From positions 995,754-1,059,753 of the forward strand of contig OY969692.1 in NCBI GenBank assembly GCA_963701975.1: 64,000 nucleotides of DNA, given 5' to 3'. The translations under genes were made by a program, and so were the position numbers. Source of the stretch: an uncultured Gammaproteobacteria bacterium (GTDB taxonomy: Bacteria; Pseudomonadota; Gammaproteobacteria; Steroidobacterales; Steroidobacteraceae). Under the pieces are notes generated by a model. The model did no database searches. It saw only the letters and a program-made list of their open reading frames with translations, and was not told where the DNA came from. Positions 45,894 to 55,125 of this stretch are shown here, piece after piece (the first letter of the stretch is position 1; the number at the start of each line of letters is the position of its first letter).

Positions 45894-47757
45894 TCAGTCA
45901 CACTCACGATCGAGGCCGCAGCATGCTTGCGCGCGCGCCGGCAGGCGCGCTCCGGATTGGTCACGATTGACAATGACCCCCTCACGCGCCTGCGTGCGAA
46001 ACAGGGTGCAGCCTTTGAGCCCCAGCTCGAATGCGGACTCCAGAATGCGCGTCGCATCGTCCCGAGGGCTATCGGCCGCGAGCGAGATGGTTTTCGATAT
46101 CGCCCCGTCGATATAGGGCTGCAGAGCGGCCTGCATGGCCAGCTGATCGACGGGAGCGATGCTGCCACCGTCGATGAACGGACCCGGCAAAGGCCGTGCC
46201 TCGGCCTGCCGGGCGCGCCAGAGCACGCAGGCATGGTCGGTCGTCTGAAAAAGATGATCCTTTCCATCCGCATCGTGCACCCGCCGCAACGACTCGATGC
46301 CGTAGATTGGTTCAATCCCGCTGCTCACATTGTGCGCGAGCAGACTGATGCTTCCGGCCGGGGCAATCGCGGTGAGATGGCTGTTGCGGATGCCGTGGAG
46401 CCGGATCGCCGCGCGCATCGCCTCAGGCAGCGCCAGCAGGAAGGGTCGCGCCAGATAGCGCTCCACATCGAGCGCCGGGAAGGGCCCTCTTTGCGCGGCC
46501 AACTCGATCGACGCCTGGTACGACTCATCGCGTATCAGCTGCATCACGTGCGCCGCCTGACGTCGCGCCGCTGCGCTGTCGTAGCGCAGGCCGAGCATCG
46601 CGAGCGCATCAGCCAGGCCGGTGATGCCGATTCCAATCCGGCGAGACTGCGCCGCTTGCAGTTGCTGACGGGCCACCGGAAAGCGCGAAATGTCGATGAC
46701 GTTGTCGAGCATGCGCACCGCTACTCGGACGGTCTCCCGGATCACATCCTCGGCCAGGTGCGCCGCCGGCGTGAAGGCGCCCACCACGAAGGCGGTGAGG
46801 TTGATCGATCCCAGGTTACAGGCCCCGTAAGCGGGTAACGGTTCTTCAGCGCACGGATTGGTGGCGCTGAGCGTTTCGCAATAGCCGAGATTATTCATGC
46901 TGTTGATCCGGTCGATGAACAGCACGCCGGGTTCGGCACTGTCGTACGCGGCTTCGCACAGACGAGCCCACAAGGCGCGCGCGCGCGTGGTCTTGTGGAC
47001 ACGGCAGCCGGTTGGGACGTCGCTGCCACTCCAGGCGCGTTCGAGTCGGTCGGCCTCGGGATTCGCGGCTTCGAGCCCGTCGGGCTCGGGAAACACCAGC
47101 GGCCACTCAGCGTCGCGGCGCACGGCCTGCATGAACGCGTCCGTGACCAGCACGGACAGGTTGAAATGCTGCAATATGCCTGGCCGCCGCTTGGCGCCGA
47201 TGAACTCCTCAATATCCGGGTGATCGCAGCGCAGGGTTGCCATCATGGCGCCGCGACGGGCTCCGGTAGACAGAATCGTCGCGCACATCGCATCCCAGAC
47301 GTGCATGAATGAGATCGGGCCGGATGCGATCGTGCCGCTCGTTGCCGCGCGGCTACCACGCGGCCGCAGCGTCGAGAAGTCGTAGCCGACTCCGCCGCCC
47401 TGCTGCATCGTGAGCGCGCCATCCTTCAGAGCATCGAAGATGCCCTCGATCGAGTCGTCGATCGCGCCCATGACGAAGCAATTGAACAGCGTAACGCGCC
47501 GGCTGGTGCCCGCGCCCGCGAGGATACGGCCACCCGGCAGAAAGCGGTATTCGCGCAGGACCTTGCAGAAAGCGCTGGTGCCACTGCTGCGGCTCGGATT
47601 CGATCGCGGCCAGCGCGCTGGCGACCCGCCTCCAGGTGTCCTCGATTCCATCCTCGGGTGGCCGAGCCTGCAGATCACGGTAGCGCGTCTCCCAGACGAA
47701 ACGGGCAAGTCGCGCATTGGCGGCGTCATGGGGCGATGTGGAATTCAGGGCATCCAT
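45894..47757 (-). pseudogene. nrdJ: Class II (adenosylcobalamin-dependent) ribonucleotide reductase NrdJ, split by a +1 frame change near nt 47555-47575 (pseudogene or assembly indel)
   Basis: The N-terminal ~60 aa run from the ATG at 47757 (FVWETRYRD...EDTWRRVASALA...QQWHQRFLQ). The sequence then continues in another frame: VLREYRFLPGGRILAGAG...GGGVGYDFSTLRPRG...NPCAEEPLP...CNLGSINL. The span is 1864 nt, i.e. 3n+1. Confidence 0.8.
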
Positions 47758-47811
47758 GCAGCCCTCGCAGTGGCGAGCGCGTGCGGCGGCGTCTGGCGAA
47801 GAGTGACCCGA

Positions 47812-48096
47812 TCAGCCGCCCGCGAATCGCGGTGCCGCAGGCAGCGGCGGCGGATGCTCGACGTCGTTCTGCGCGCGCCGATCGTCGACCGCATGACCCG
47901 GGTCGAAGCCGCCCGCATCGGCGGGCGCGCCTTCGGCCTCAGCGATCATTCCTTGCCGCTCCCCGGGCTCGATGAAGGCTGGCGCCTGCGGGGTTGCGGT
48001 GGCCGCAAAACTCGCCGGGCCGCGTACCGGCGGAAGCTGACGATGTCGCGCCCCGCGATGCTGGCGTCTGGGCGCGCGAGGGTTTGGTTTGCTCAT
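47812..48096 (-). CDS. Hypothetical 94-aa protein upstream of nrdJ
   Basis: GGAGGA lies 5 nt upstream of the ATG at 48096. The N-terminus is basic and the C-terminal half acidic. No recognisable motif. Confidence 0.4.
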   Translation of the reverse strand: MSKPNPRAPRRQHRGARHRQLPPVRGPASFAATATPQAPAFIEPGERQGMIAEAEGAPADAGGFDPGHAVDDRRAQNDVEHPPPLPAAPRFAGG

Positions 48097-48215
48097 ACTG
48101 TCCTCCATCCGCCCCGATACTTGTCCCCGGCCTGGTGCAAGTCGATTCGAGAAAATACCTATGTTGGCGGCTACCCGCTGCTGGTGCCCAAGCGCACCGG
48201 CGTGCGTCGCCGCCC

Positions 48216-50096
48216 TCAGTGGGGCGCCGGTGCTGCAGCGCTGCCAGCGCCGCCGAGCAGCGCGCTCAGCGCGGCGCGATCCAGGACCTCGTTGCGCAGC
48301 AAGGCCTGCGCAAGGGCCTCCAGTTGCTCGCGCCGGGCGACCAGCGTCTCGTGCACCCGCCGTTCGGCTTGCTGCAGCAGCGTGCGGACCTCGTCGTCGA
48401 TCGCCTGGGCGGTACTTTCACTGTACACAGCAGCGCGCTGGGTTCCCGGCGCCTCGGGCAGATAGCGCGCACTACCCGCATCCTCCAGACTCGCCGGACC
48501 GAGCGCCTCGCTCATGCCATAGCGCGTGATCATCTGCCGCGCGAGGTCGGTGGCGCGCTGCAAGTCATCCTGCGCGCCGGTCGAGACTTCGTGATAGACC
48601 AGCAGCTCGGCGCCGCGCCCGCCAAGCAGCACGTCGAGGCGGTCGAGCAGTTCGCCGCGCTTGAGCAGGTAGCGGTCTTCGGTTGGTTGCTGCTGCGTGA
48701 ATCCGAGGGCGCCGACACCCCGGGGAATGATCGAGACCTTCGAGACCTTGTCGGCCGTGGGGCGTGATTCCGCCACCAGCGCGTGACCGGCTTCATGATA
48801 GGCGACGGTCTCTTTCTCCTTCGGATTCATCACCCGGCTCTTCTTCTCGAGTCCCGCAACGACACGCTCGATCGCCTGATCGAAGTCGCTCATCTCGACC
48901 GCCTGCTTGTTGCTGCGGGCGGCGCGTAGCGCCGCCTCATTGACGATGTTGGCCAGATCCGCACCGGCAAATCCGGCGGTCTTGCCGGCCACCGCCGCCA
49001 GGTCCACGTCCGGTCCGAGCGTGAGCCTCTTGGCATGCACGCGCAGGATCTGCTCCCGACCCTTGATGTCCGGGCGATCCAGCGCGACCTGCCGGTCAAA
49101 GCGCCCCGGGCGCAACAGCGCCGGATCCAGGATCTCAGGCCGATTGGTCGCCGCCATGATGATGACGCCGCTCTTGGTATCGAATCCGTCCATCTGCACC
49201 AGCAACTGGTTCAGGGTCTGCTCGCGCTCATCATTGCTGGCGATGCCACCGATGCCGCGTGCCTTGCCGAGCGCGTCCAGTTCATCGATGAAGATGATGC
49301 AGGGGGCGAGGCTCTCGGCCTGCTGGAACAGGTCGCGCACGCGCGCGGCCCCGACGCCGACGAACATCTCGACGAACTCCGAGCCACTGATCGACAGGAA
49401 GGCGACACCGGCCTCTCCGGCCACGGCCTTGGCGAGCAAGGTCTTGCCGGTACCGGGCGCGCCGACGATCAGCACTCCCTTCGGAATCTGCCCGCCGAGT
49501 CGCCGATAGCGCTCCGGGTTCTTCAGGAAGTCCACGACTTCCATCAGCTCGTCCTTCGCTTCATCGATTCCGGCCACATCGGCGAAGCGCACACCGGTCT
49601 CCTTCTGCACGAACACCTTGGCCTTGCTCTTGCCGATGTCCATCAGTCCGCCGAGCTGGCCGCCGCTCATGCGACGCATGAGCAGGCCCCAGATGACGAA
49701 AAAGATCAGCGCCGGGGCGACCCATCCGATCAGCGTCGACAGCCAGCGGTTTTCGACCTGACCCGAGAACCGCACCTTGGCGGCCTGCAGGTCGGGCACC
49801 AGATCGGAATCCGGGACGCGCGCGGTCACGAACGGGTGCTTCTCGAGGTTGTCATGGGGCAGTGATTTCCAGACCTCTGCGGGCAGCACGGCATCGGCGC
49901 CACGCAGATCGACGGTCCCCGAAATGCTGTCGTCGCTGATCAGGACCTCGCTGACCTTGCCGGCGCGCAGCAGCGTCTTGAAATCGCTGTAGGCCAGCGT
50001 CTCCACGTGGCGCGTGAACAGCACGCTCTGCAGCGCCAGCATCAGCACCATGACCGCGACGAAATACCAAAGGGAGAAATGCTGGCGGGTATCCAT
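48216..50096 (-). CDS. ftsH: ATP-dependent zinc metalloprotease FtsH (probable paralogue)
   Basis: Two N-terminal TM helices. Walker [14 protein letters not shown]. Walker [10 protein letters not shown]. Zn site HEAGHALV. 626 aa. Confidence 0.9.
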   Translation of the reverse strand: MDTRQHFSLWYFVAVMVLMLALQSVLFTRHVETLAYSDFKTLLRAGKVSEVLISDDSISGTVDLRGADAVLPAEVWKSLPHDNLEKHPFVTARVPDSDLVPDLQAAKVRFSGQVENRWLSTLIGWVAPALIFFVIWGLLMRRMSGGQLGGLMDIGKSKAKVFVQKETGVRFADVAGIDEAKDELMEVVDFLKNPERYRRLGGQIPKGVLIVGAPGTGKTLLAKAVAGEAGVAFLSISGSEFVEMFVGVGAARVRDLFQQAESLAPCIIFIDELDALGKARGIGGIASNDEREQTLNQLLVQMDGFDTKSGVIIMAATNRPEILDPALLRPGRFDRQVALDRPDIKGREQILRVHAKRLTLGPDVDLAAVAGKTAGFAGADLANIVNEAALRAARSNKQAVEMSDFDQAIERVVAGLEKKSRVMNPKEKETVAYHEAGHALVAESRPTADKVSKVSIIPRGVGALGFTQQQPTEDRYLLKRGELLDRLDVLLGGRGAELLVYHEVSTGAQDDLQRATDLARQMITRYGMSEALGPASLEDAGSARYLPEAPGTQRAAVYSESTAQAIDDEVRTLLQQAERRVHETLVARREQLEALAQALLRNEVLDRAALSALLGGAGSAAAPAPH

Positions 50097-50112
50097 CGGC
50101 TGGCCGCGGCGT

Positions 50113-50916
50113 CTAGCGTTTGACAGCTCGCGTCATCAGGAACGACTGGTGCACGCGATTGCGAGCGAAGTAGCGCTCAGCCAGGGCCTCGACCTGCGCG
50201 CGAAACGCGGCCAGGCGCTGCGGCTCGTTGCGCAGGCTTTCAACGACCTTCATGAGCGGGGCTGCCGTACGCTCCATGTTGGCGCAATAGTGCTTCGGAC
50301 TCAGGGCCGGGATGCGCATTTCATCCTGGTTGAACTCGATGTCTGTGACGGCATCCCCGAGTCGCTGACGCACGACGTTGGGATCGCCCCACGCCGGGGG
50401 CGCAGCCGGCACCGCACCCTGCGGCACGGGCAGGTAGCTGCCGATGATGGTGAACATGCGCCCAATGATGAGCTCGGGCGGCCAGGTCGAGAATGCCAGC
50501 CGGCCCCCCGGTTTGAGCACCCGCAGCATCTCTGCAACCGCGCTCTCGGGGCGCGGCGCAAACATGTGACCAAATTGGCTGAGCACGACATCGAAGCTCG
50601 AATCCGCATAGGGCATCGCCTCGACGTCGCCCTCGTTGAAGGTGATATCAGCACCGATCAGCGCAGCGCTGCTTCGCGCCTCCTGCAGCAACACCGGCGA
50701 CAGATCCAGTGCACTGACGCGTGCTCCGCGGCGGACGGCGGTGATCGCAACGACGCCGGTTCCACAGGCGGCATCGAGCACGGCCTGCCCCGGCTGGACA
50801 GCAGCGAACTCGACCAGTGAGGCGGCGGCGGTGGTCGTGAACGTGGCCAGCGGCGAGAACACCGCCCATCCCTCGCGTTGCGCCGCCTTGAACTGTGCGA
50901 ACGGATCTGTAGACAT
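50113..50916 (-). CDS. Class I SAM-dependent methyltransferase
   Basis: Motif I VLDAACGTG, then LKPGGRLAF. 267 aa. Its stop lies 16 nt before the ftsH start. Confidence 0.8.
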   Translation of the reverse strand: MSTDPFAQFKAAQREGWAVFSPLATFTTTAAASLVEFAAVQPGQAVLDAACGTGVVAITAVRRGARVSALDLSPVLLQEARSSAALIGADITFNEGDVEAMPYADSSFDVVLSQFGHMFAPRPESAVAEMLRVLKPGGRLAFSTWPPELIIGRMFTIIGSYLPVPQGAVPAAPPAWGDPNVVRQRLGDAVTDIEFNQDEMRIPALSPKHYCANMERTAAPLMKVVESLRNEPQRLAAFRAQVEALAERYFARNRVHQSFLMTRAVKR

Positions 50917-50982
50917 CGATCACCCCGGGGAAGTGTGGATGCGTATGCCGTGGCGCATCGAGCATCGATGCGGGAGCGACCC

Positions 50983-51813
50983 CTACCAGGGGACTTCCTG
51001 GCCATTGTAGCTGTAAAACCGCCCGGCTTTCTCCGCCGACAACGTCTCGATGTAGGTAACCAGCGTGCGCGCGCTCTCCGCCGGCGTCAGTGACGGCGTG
51101 CTGTTCGGTGCACTGGCCTGCGCCGTGGCAGCGCGGTATTCGCGCTGCATGTCGGTCTCCACCGGCCCCGGTGTCACGATGCCGACCAGGATGCCACGGC
51201 TACGCACATCGTTCTGCAGGATGCGCATGGCCATGTTGAGCGCGCTCTTGCTCATGGCGTAGTAGTAATTGCCATGCGCCTGCTGCGCCTGCCACAGTGA
51301 TCCCAGGCCGCTCGTGATGGCGATGATTTTCTTCTGCCGGCCAGCCGCAAGATTGTCGAGCAATGCCTGCGAAACCCGCAGGGGTGCGTAGCTGTTGACC
51401 CTCATCGCCTGCTCGAATGCGACGGCATCGAGCGTCCCGAGCTGCTGGCTGCTCAGGCCGCCGAAGATGCCGGCGTTGTTGACCAGCACATCGATGGGGT
51501 GACCCCGATACCTGGCTGCGAGTCCATCGATGGCGCTATCGTCGGCAACATCGAGACTTTCAATGGTCACCGCGTGATGGCTGGCAGCGAACTCCTGCAG
51601 CGCGCTCGCGTGTGCCGGATCACGACAGGTCGCCACGACCTTCCATCCCCGATCGGCAAATTCCTGCACCAGCGCAAGTCCAATCCCCCGATCCGAGCCG
51701 GTGATCAGGACCACGGCAGCCGGGTTCTTCGCCTCGACCCGGGCCGGCTCGTCGGCCCGGGCAGCCCCGCACGGCGCCATCGCAATCACCAGTGAGGCCA
51801 GCAGGTATCGCAT
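50983..51813 (-). CDS. SDR-family oxidoreductase with an N-terminal signal-like peptide
   Basis: TGSDRGIG cofactor motif and catalytic YAMSK (YxxxK). The ATG at 51813 is preceded by GGAGAA. Confidence 0.8.
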   Translation of the reverse strand: MRYLLASLVIAMAPCGAARADEPARVEAKNPAAVVLITGSDRGIGLALVQEFADRGWKVVATCRDPAHASALQEFAASHHAVTIESLDVADDSAIDGLAARYRGHPIDVLVNNAGIFGGLSSQQLGTLDAVAFEQAMRVNSYAPLRVSQALLDNLAAGRQKKIIAITSGLGSLWQAQQAHGNYYYAMSKSALNMAMRILQNDVRSRGILVGIVTPGPVETDMQREYRAATAQASAPNSTPSLTPAESARTLVTYIETLSAEKAGRFYSYNGQEVPW

Positions 51814-51878
51814 CGCAGTTCTCCAAAGGGTCGGGCCGGACCTATTCAACCACGGCACACCGATGGCCAATCCTCGTC

Positions 51879-51908
51879 TTGACGGCTAGAGGGGCCGCTG
51901 GCCATACT
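51879..51908 (+). promoter_or_regulatory. Putative sigma-70 promoter of the trp operon
   Basis: TTGACG (51879-51884), 18-nt spacer, CATACT (51903-51908). The predicted transcription start falls within a few nt of the leader-peptide ATG. Confidence 0.4.
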
Positions 51909-51916
51909 CTCACGCT

Positions 51917-52003
51917 ATGTCTGCCAATGTCCTGTCCGCCGGCCGCTGGTGGTGGCGCAGCTCCCCTCGTGGAGTGGGCGCTGGACGTTGCTGCATGTCT
52001 TAA
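51917..52003 (+). CDS. trpL: trp operon leader peptide (28 aa) with three consecutive Trp codons
   Basis: Translation is MSANVLSAGRWWWRSSPRGVGAGRCCMS*. TGG TGG TGG lies at 51947-51955. It sits between the promoter-like hexamers and the terminator hairpin directly upstream of trpE. Confidence 0.7.
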   Translation: MSANVLSAGRWWWRSSPRGVGAGRCCMS

Positions 52004-52035
52004 ACCGAATCTAAAGGTACAAGCCAACTCCAGAA

Positions 52036-52069
52036 CCCATCTCCGGAAGCCTCCGGGATGGGTTTTTTT
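52036..52069 (+). terminator. Rho-independent terminator (attenuator) immediately upstream of trpE
   Basis: CCCATCTCCGGA-AGCC-TCCGGGATGGG, about 11 bp of stem with one bulge, followed by TTTTTTT (52063-52069). The upstream GGAGTGGG (51971-51978) can pair with the 5' arm as an antiterminator. Confidence 0.75.
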
Positions 52070-53461
52070 ATGATCATGAAACCGCCGTTCGACATTGCCG
52101 GCGACTTCGACACCCCGGTGTCGGCGTTCGCCAAACTCGCGCCGTTCGAGCCGCGCTTCCTGCTCGAGAGCGTCGAGGGCGGCGAGCGCCTCGGGCGCTA
52201 TTCCTTCATCGGCTTCGGCGATGTGTTGCAGGTGCGGCTGGATGAGCAGGTGTTCGTGCTCGGCGAGGAGCGACGGGCGGTGCCGCGCACGCAGGCCGAG
52301 CTGCTCGATGGCCTGCGCGCCGCCTTGAGGCGCCTGCCGCTGCCGACGCCGGCGCTGGGCCAGGTGCCGCTCGCGGGCGGCCTGGTCGGCTTTACTTCGT
52401 ACGACGTGGTGCGCTTCTTCGAGCGCCTGCCGCAGCGCCTGCCGGTGCTGACCGGGGTGCCGCTGCTGCACTATGTGGCGCCGCGTTCGCTGCTGGTGTT
52501 CGACCATGTCAGTCGCGGGATCGCGCTGCTGCACGCCGGCAGCGATGCCGAGCGCGAGTCGCTGCGCCGCGAGGTGATCCGCGCGCTGCGCGGTGCGGTG
52601 CCGTTCATCCGTTCGGGCGGCGGCTTCAGCGCGCCGACCCCGGCGCTCACGCGCGATGACTACATCGCCGGGGTGCTGCGCGCGCAGGAGTACATCGCCG
52701 CGGGCGATGTCTACCAGCTGGTGCTGTCATCGCGCTTTGCGGGCCGGCATGCGCTCGATCCGTTCCAGGTGTATCGCGCGCTGCGGCTGATCAATCCCTC
52801 GCCGTACATGTACTTCTGCCGGCTCGGCGCGCTCACCGTGGTGGGCTCCTCGCCCGAGGCGCTGGTCAAGCTCAATCGCGGCCATGCCGAGCTGCGACCG
52901 ATCGCCGGCACGCGGCCGCGCAATGATGAGCCGGAAGTCGATGCACGGCTCGAGGCCGAGCTGCGCGCCGACATCAAGGAGAATGCCGAGCACGTGATGC
53001 TGGTGGACCTGGCGCGCAACGACCTGGGCCGCGTCGCCTGCGCCGGCAGCGTGCGGGTCGAACCGTATCGCTCGATCGAGCGCTACAGCCACGTGATGCA
53101 TATCGTCAGCGGCGTGCGCGGAGAGCTCGCATCAGAGCGCGATGCGTTCGACCTGTTTGCCGCGACCTTCCCGGCCGGCACGCTGGTCGGGGCGCCGAAG
53201 GTGCGCGCGATGGAGATCATCGAGGAGCTCGAGCCGGTGCGGCGCGGCCTGTACGGCGGCACCATCGGGTACTTTGGCGCCCAGGGCGACATGGATCAGG
53301 CGATCACGATACGCACGCTGGTGTTTCACGGCGATGAGTTCAGCTACCAGGCCGGCGCCGGCCTGGTGGCCGACAGCAAACCGGCGGCCGAGCATGACGA
53401 GGTGCTCGCCAAGAGCGCGGCACTGCTCGGGGCACTGAAACTTGCCGAGGAAGGGCTGTGA
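52070..53461 (+). CDS. trpE: Anthranilate synthase component I
   Basis: [27 protein letters not shown] and GGTIGYFG motifs. Start taken as the ATG at 52070, just after the terminator T-run. Alternatives are 52058 and 52076. Confidence 0.92.
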   Translation: MIMKPPFDIAGDFDTPVSAFAKLAPFEPRFLLESVEGGERLGRYSFIGFGDVLQVRLDEQVFVLGEERRAVPRTQAELLDGLRAALRRLPLPTPALGQVPLAGGLVGFTSYDVVRFFERLPQRLPVLTGVPLLHYVAPRSLLVFDHVSRGIALLHAGSDAERESLRREVIRALRGAVPFIRSGGGFSAPTPALTRDDYIAGVLRAQEYIAAGDVYQLVLSSRFAGRHALDPFQVYRALRLINPSPYMYFCRLGALTVVGSSPEALVKLNRGHAELRPIAGTRPRNDEPEVDARLEAELRADIKENAEHVMLVDLARNDLGRVACAGSVRVEPYRSIERYSHVMHIVSGVRGELASERDAFDLFAATFPAGTLVGAPKVRAMEIIEELEPVRRGLYGGTIGYFGAQGDMDQAITIRTLVFHGDEFSYQAGAGLVADSKPAAEHDEVLAKSAALLGALKLAEEGL

Positions 53462-54055
53462 GCGCGCGACTGCTGCTGATCGATAACTACGATTCCTTCA
53501 CCTATAACCTGGTGCAGGCGTTCCTGGTGCTGGGCGCCGACGTGCGCGTCTATCGCAACGACGCCATCACGATCGATGCAGGCGCGCGCGCTGGCCCCGA
53601 CGCACCTGTGCATCTCGCCCGGCCCGGGCACGCCGCAGCGCGCCGGCGTGTCGATGGCGATGGTGCGCGCCTTCGCGGGCGAAATCCCGGTGTTGGGCGT
53701 TTGTCTCGGCCACCAATCGATCGTCGAGGTGTTCGGCGGCAAGGTGGTGCGCGCCGGCCGCCTGATGCACGGCAAGACCTCGTCGATCGAGCATGACCAG
53801 CGCGGTGTGTTCGAGCAGATCGCGGTCGGCTGCGAGGTCGGCCGCTATCACTCGCTGATCGCAGAACCCGCCTCGATGCCGAGCGAGCTCGAGGTCAGCG
53901 CCCGCACCCCGGAGGGGGAGATCATGGGCGTGCGGCACCGCCAGCTCACGGTCGAGGGCGTGCAGTTTCATCCCGAGAGCGTGCTGACGCCGCAAGGGCC
54001 GGCGATGATGGCGAACTTCCTGCGCTTCTCCGGCGGCGAGCGCCGCGGCGATTGA
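53458..54055 (+). pseudogene. trpG: Anthranilate synthase component II (glutamine amidotransferase), split by a +1 frame change near nt 53575-53585 (pseudogene or assembly indel)
   Basis: Frame 1: [36 protein letters not shown]. Frame 2: [18 protein letters not shown]...[10 protein letters not shown]...VQFHPES. The span is 598 nt, i.e. 3n+1. Removing one base gives [14 protein letters not shown], which aligns without gaps to the TrpG pattern. Confidence 0.8.
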
Positions 54056-55125
54056 CGGACACCAGCATGGCGGACGTGGAGTTGCTGCGCGCGCTGCTCG
54101 ATCGGCTGCTCGAGGGCGAGAACCTTTCGCAAGCCGACGCCGCGGAACTGCTCGTGGCGCTGACCGCGCATGATCTGGCGCCGGCGCTGGCCGGCGCGCT
54201 GCTGGCGGCGCTGCGCGCCAAGGGCGTCAGCGCCGATGAGCTGCGCGGGTTCGCTGGCGCGATGCGCGCACTGGCACGCCGGCCGCAGCTGCCGCCGCTC
54301 ACCGATGCCATCGACATCGTCGGCACCGGCGGTGATCGCTCCGGCAGCCTGAATCTGTCGACCGGGGCCGCGCTGCTGACGGCCGCTTGCGGCCTGAGCG
54401 TGGTCAAGCACGGCAACCGCGCGATCTCGAGCCGCGCCGGCAGCGCCGACGTGCTGCAGGCGCTGGGGCTGCCGCTGCCGCTGGACGAGGCGGCCGCGGG
54501 CCGCTGCTTCGCGGAGCTCGGGTTCACGTTTTTGTTTGCACCGTACTATCACCCCGCCACCAGGAGCATCGCCCCGGTGCGCGCGGCGCTGGGTGTACGC
54601 ACCGTGTTCAACATCCTCGGACCGCTGAGCAACCCCGCGGATCCGCCGTATCTCGTGATCGGCGCCTTCAACACTGCGACCGCCGAGCTGATCGCGCAGG
54701 CGCTGGTCGGCAGCGGCATCAAGCGCGCTTTCGTGATTCATGGGGCCGATGGCTGGGATGAGCCGACACCGATCGGCGGCTTCGTGCTGTTCGACGTCGG
54801 TGTCCACGGCGTGCGCTGCGAGCAGCGCACGCCGGCCGACTATGGGCTGCCGCTGTGCGAAGCCGGTGCGCTGGCCGGGGCCGATGCCGCCTACAACGCT
54901 CTCGAGCTCAGACGCGTGTTCGACGGCGGCGGCGGTGCGGCACATCGGCATGCGCTGCTGCTCGGCGCCGCGCTGGCGCTGGAGGTCTCCGGCCACGAGT
55001 CCGCGCCCATGGCGGCGGTGGCGCGCGCGGCGCAGGCGATCGATGGCGGTGCGGCCGCCGATCTGCTGTTGCGCCTCGAGCAGTTCGGCGCCGAAGAACA
55101 GCGCCGGGCAGGCCGCAGCGCATGA
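54052..55125 (+). CDS. trpD: Anthranilate phosphoribosyltransferase
   Basis: IVGTGGDRSGSLNLST, VVKHGNRAISSRAGSADVL and NILGPLSNP. The TTG at 54052 overlaps the trpG stop. An alternative start is the ATG at 54067. Confidence 0.9.
   Translation: MTDTSMADVELLRALLDRLLEGENLSQADAAELLVALTAHDLAPALAGALLAALRAKGVSADELRGFAGAMRALARRPQLPPLTDAIDIVGTGGDRSGSLNLSTGAALLTAACGLSVVKHGNRAISSRAGSADVLQALGLPLPLDEAAAGRCFAELGFTFLFAPYYHPATRSIAPVRAALGVRTVFNILGPLSNPADPPYLVIGAFNTATAELIAQALVGSGIKRAFVIHGADGWDEPTPIGGFVLFDVGVHGVRCEQRTPADYGLPLCEAGALAGADAAYNALELRRVFDGGGGAAHRHALLLGAALALEVSGHESAPMAAVARAAQAIDGGAAADLLLRLEQFGAEEQRRAGRSA

Noticed and set aside
47758-47790. GCCACTG heptamer 8 nt upstream of the nrdJ ATG, reminiscent of the cobalamin-riboswitch core
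   Set aside because: In the 458-nt spacer I could not find the other conserved riboswitch blocks: AGGGAA, GGTG..AA..CC, or a B12 box of the AGYCMGGAGACCKGCC type. Class II RNR genes are also not typical riboswitch targets. An Infernal scan would settle it.
48097-48215. Search for NrdR boxes or an Fnr/Anr box (TTGAT-N4-ATCAA) upstream of the small ORF and nrdJ
   Set aside because: Only weak partial matches were seen (for example AACATAGGTATTTTCT). There is no pair of 16-bp palindromes at the expected ~31-bp spacing and no TTGAT...ATCAA.
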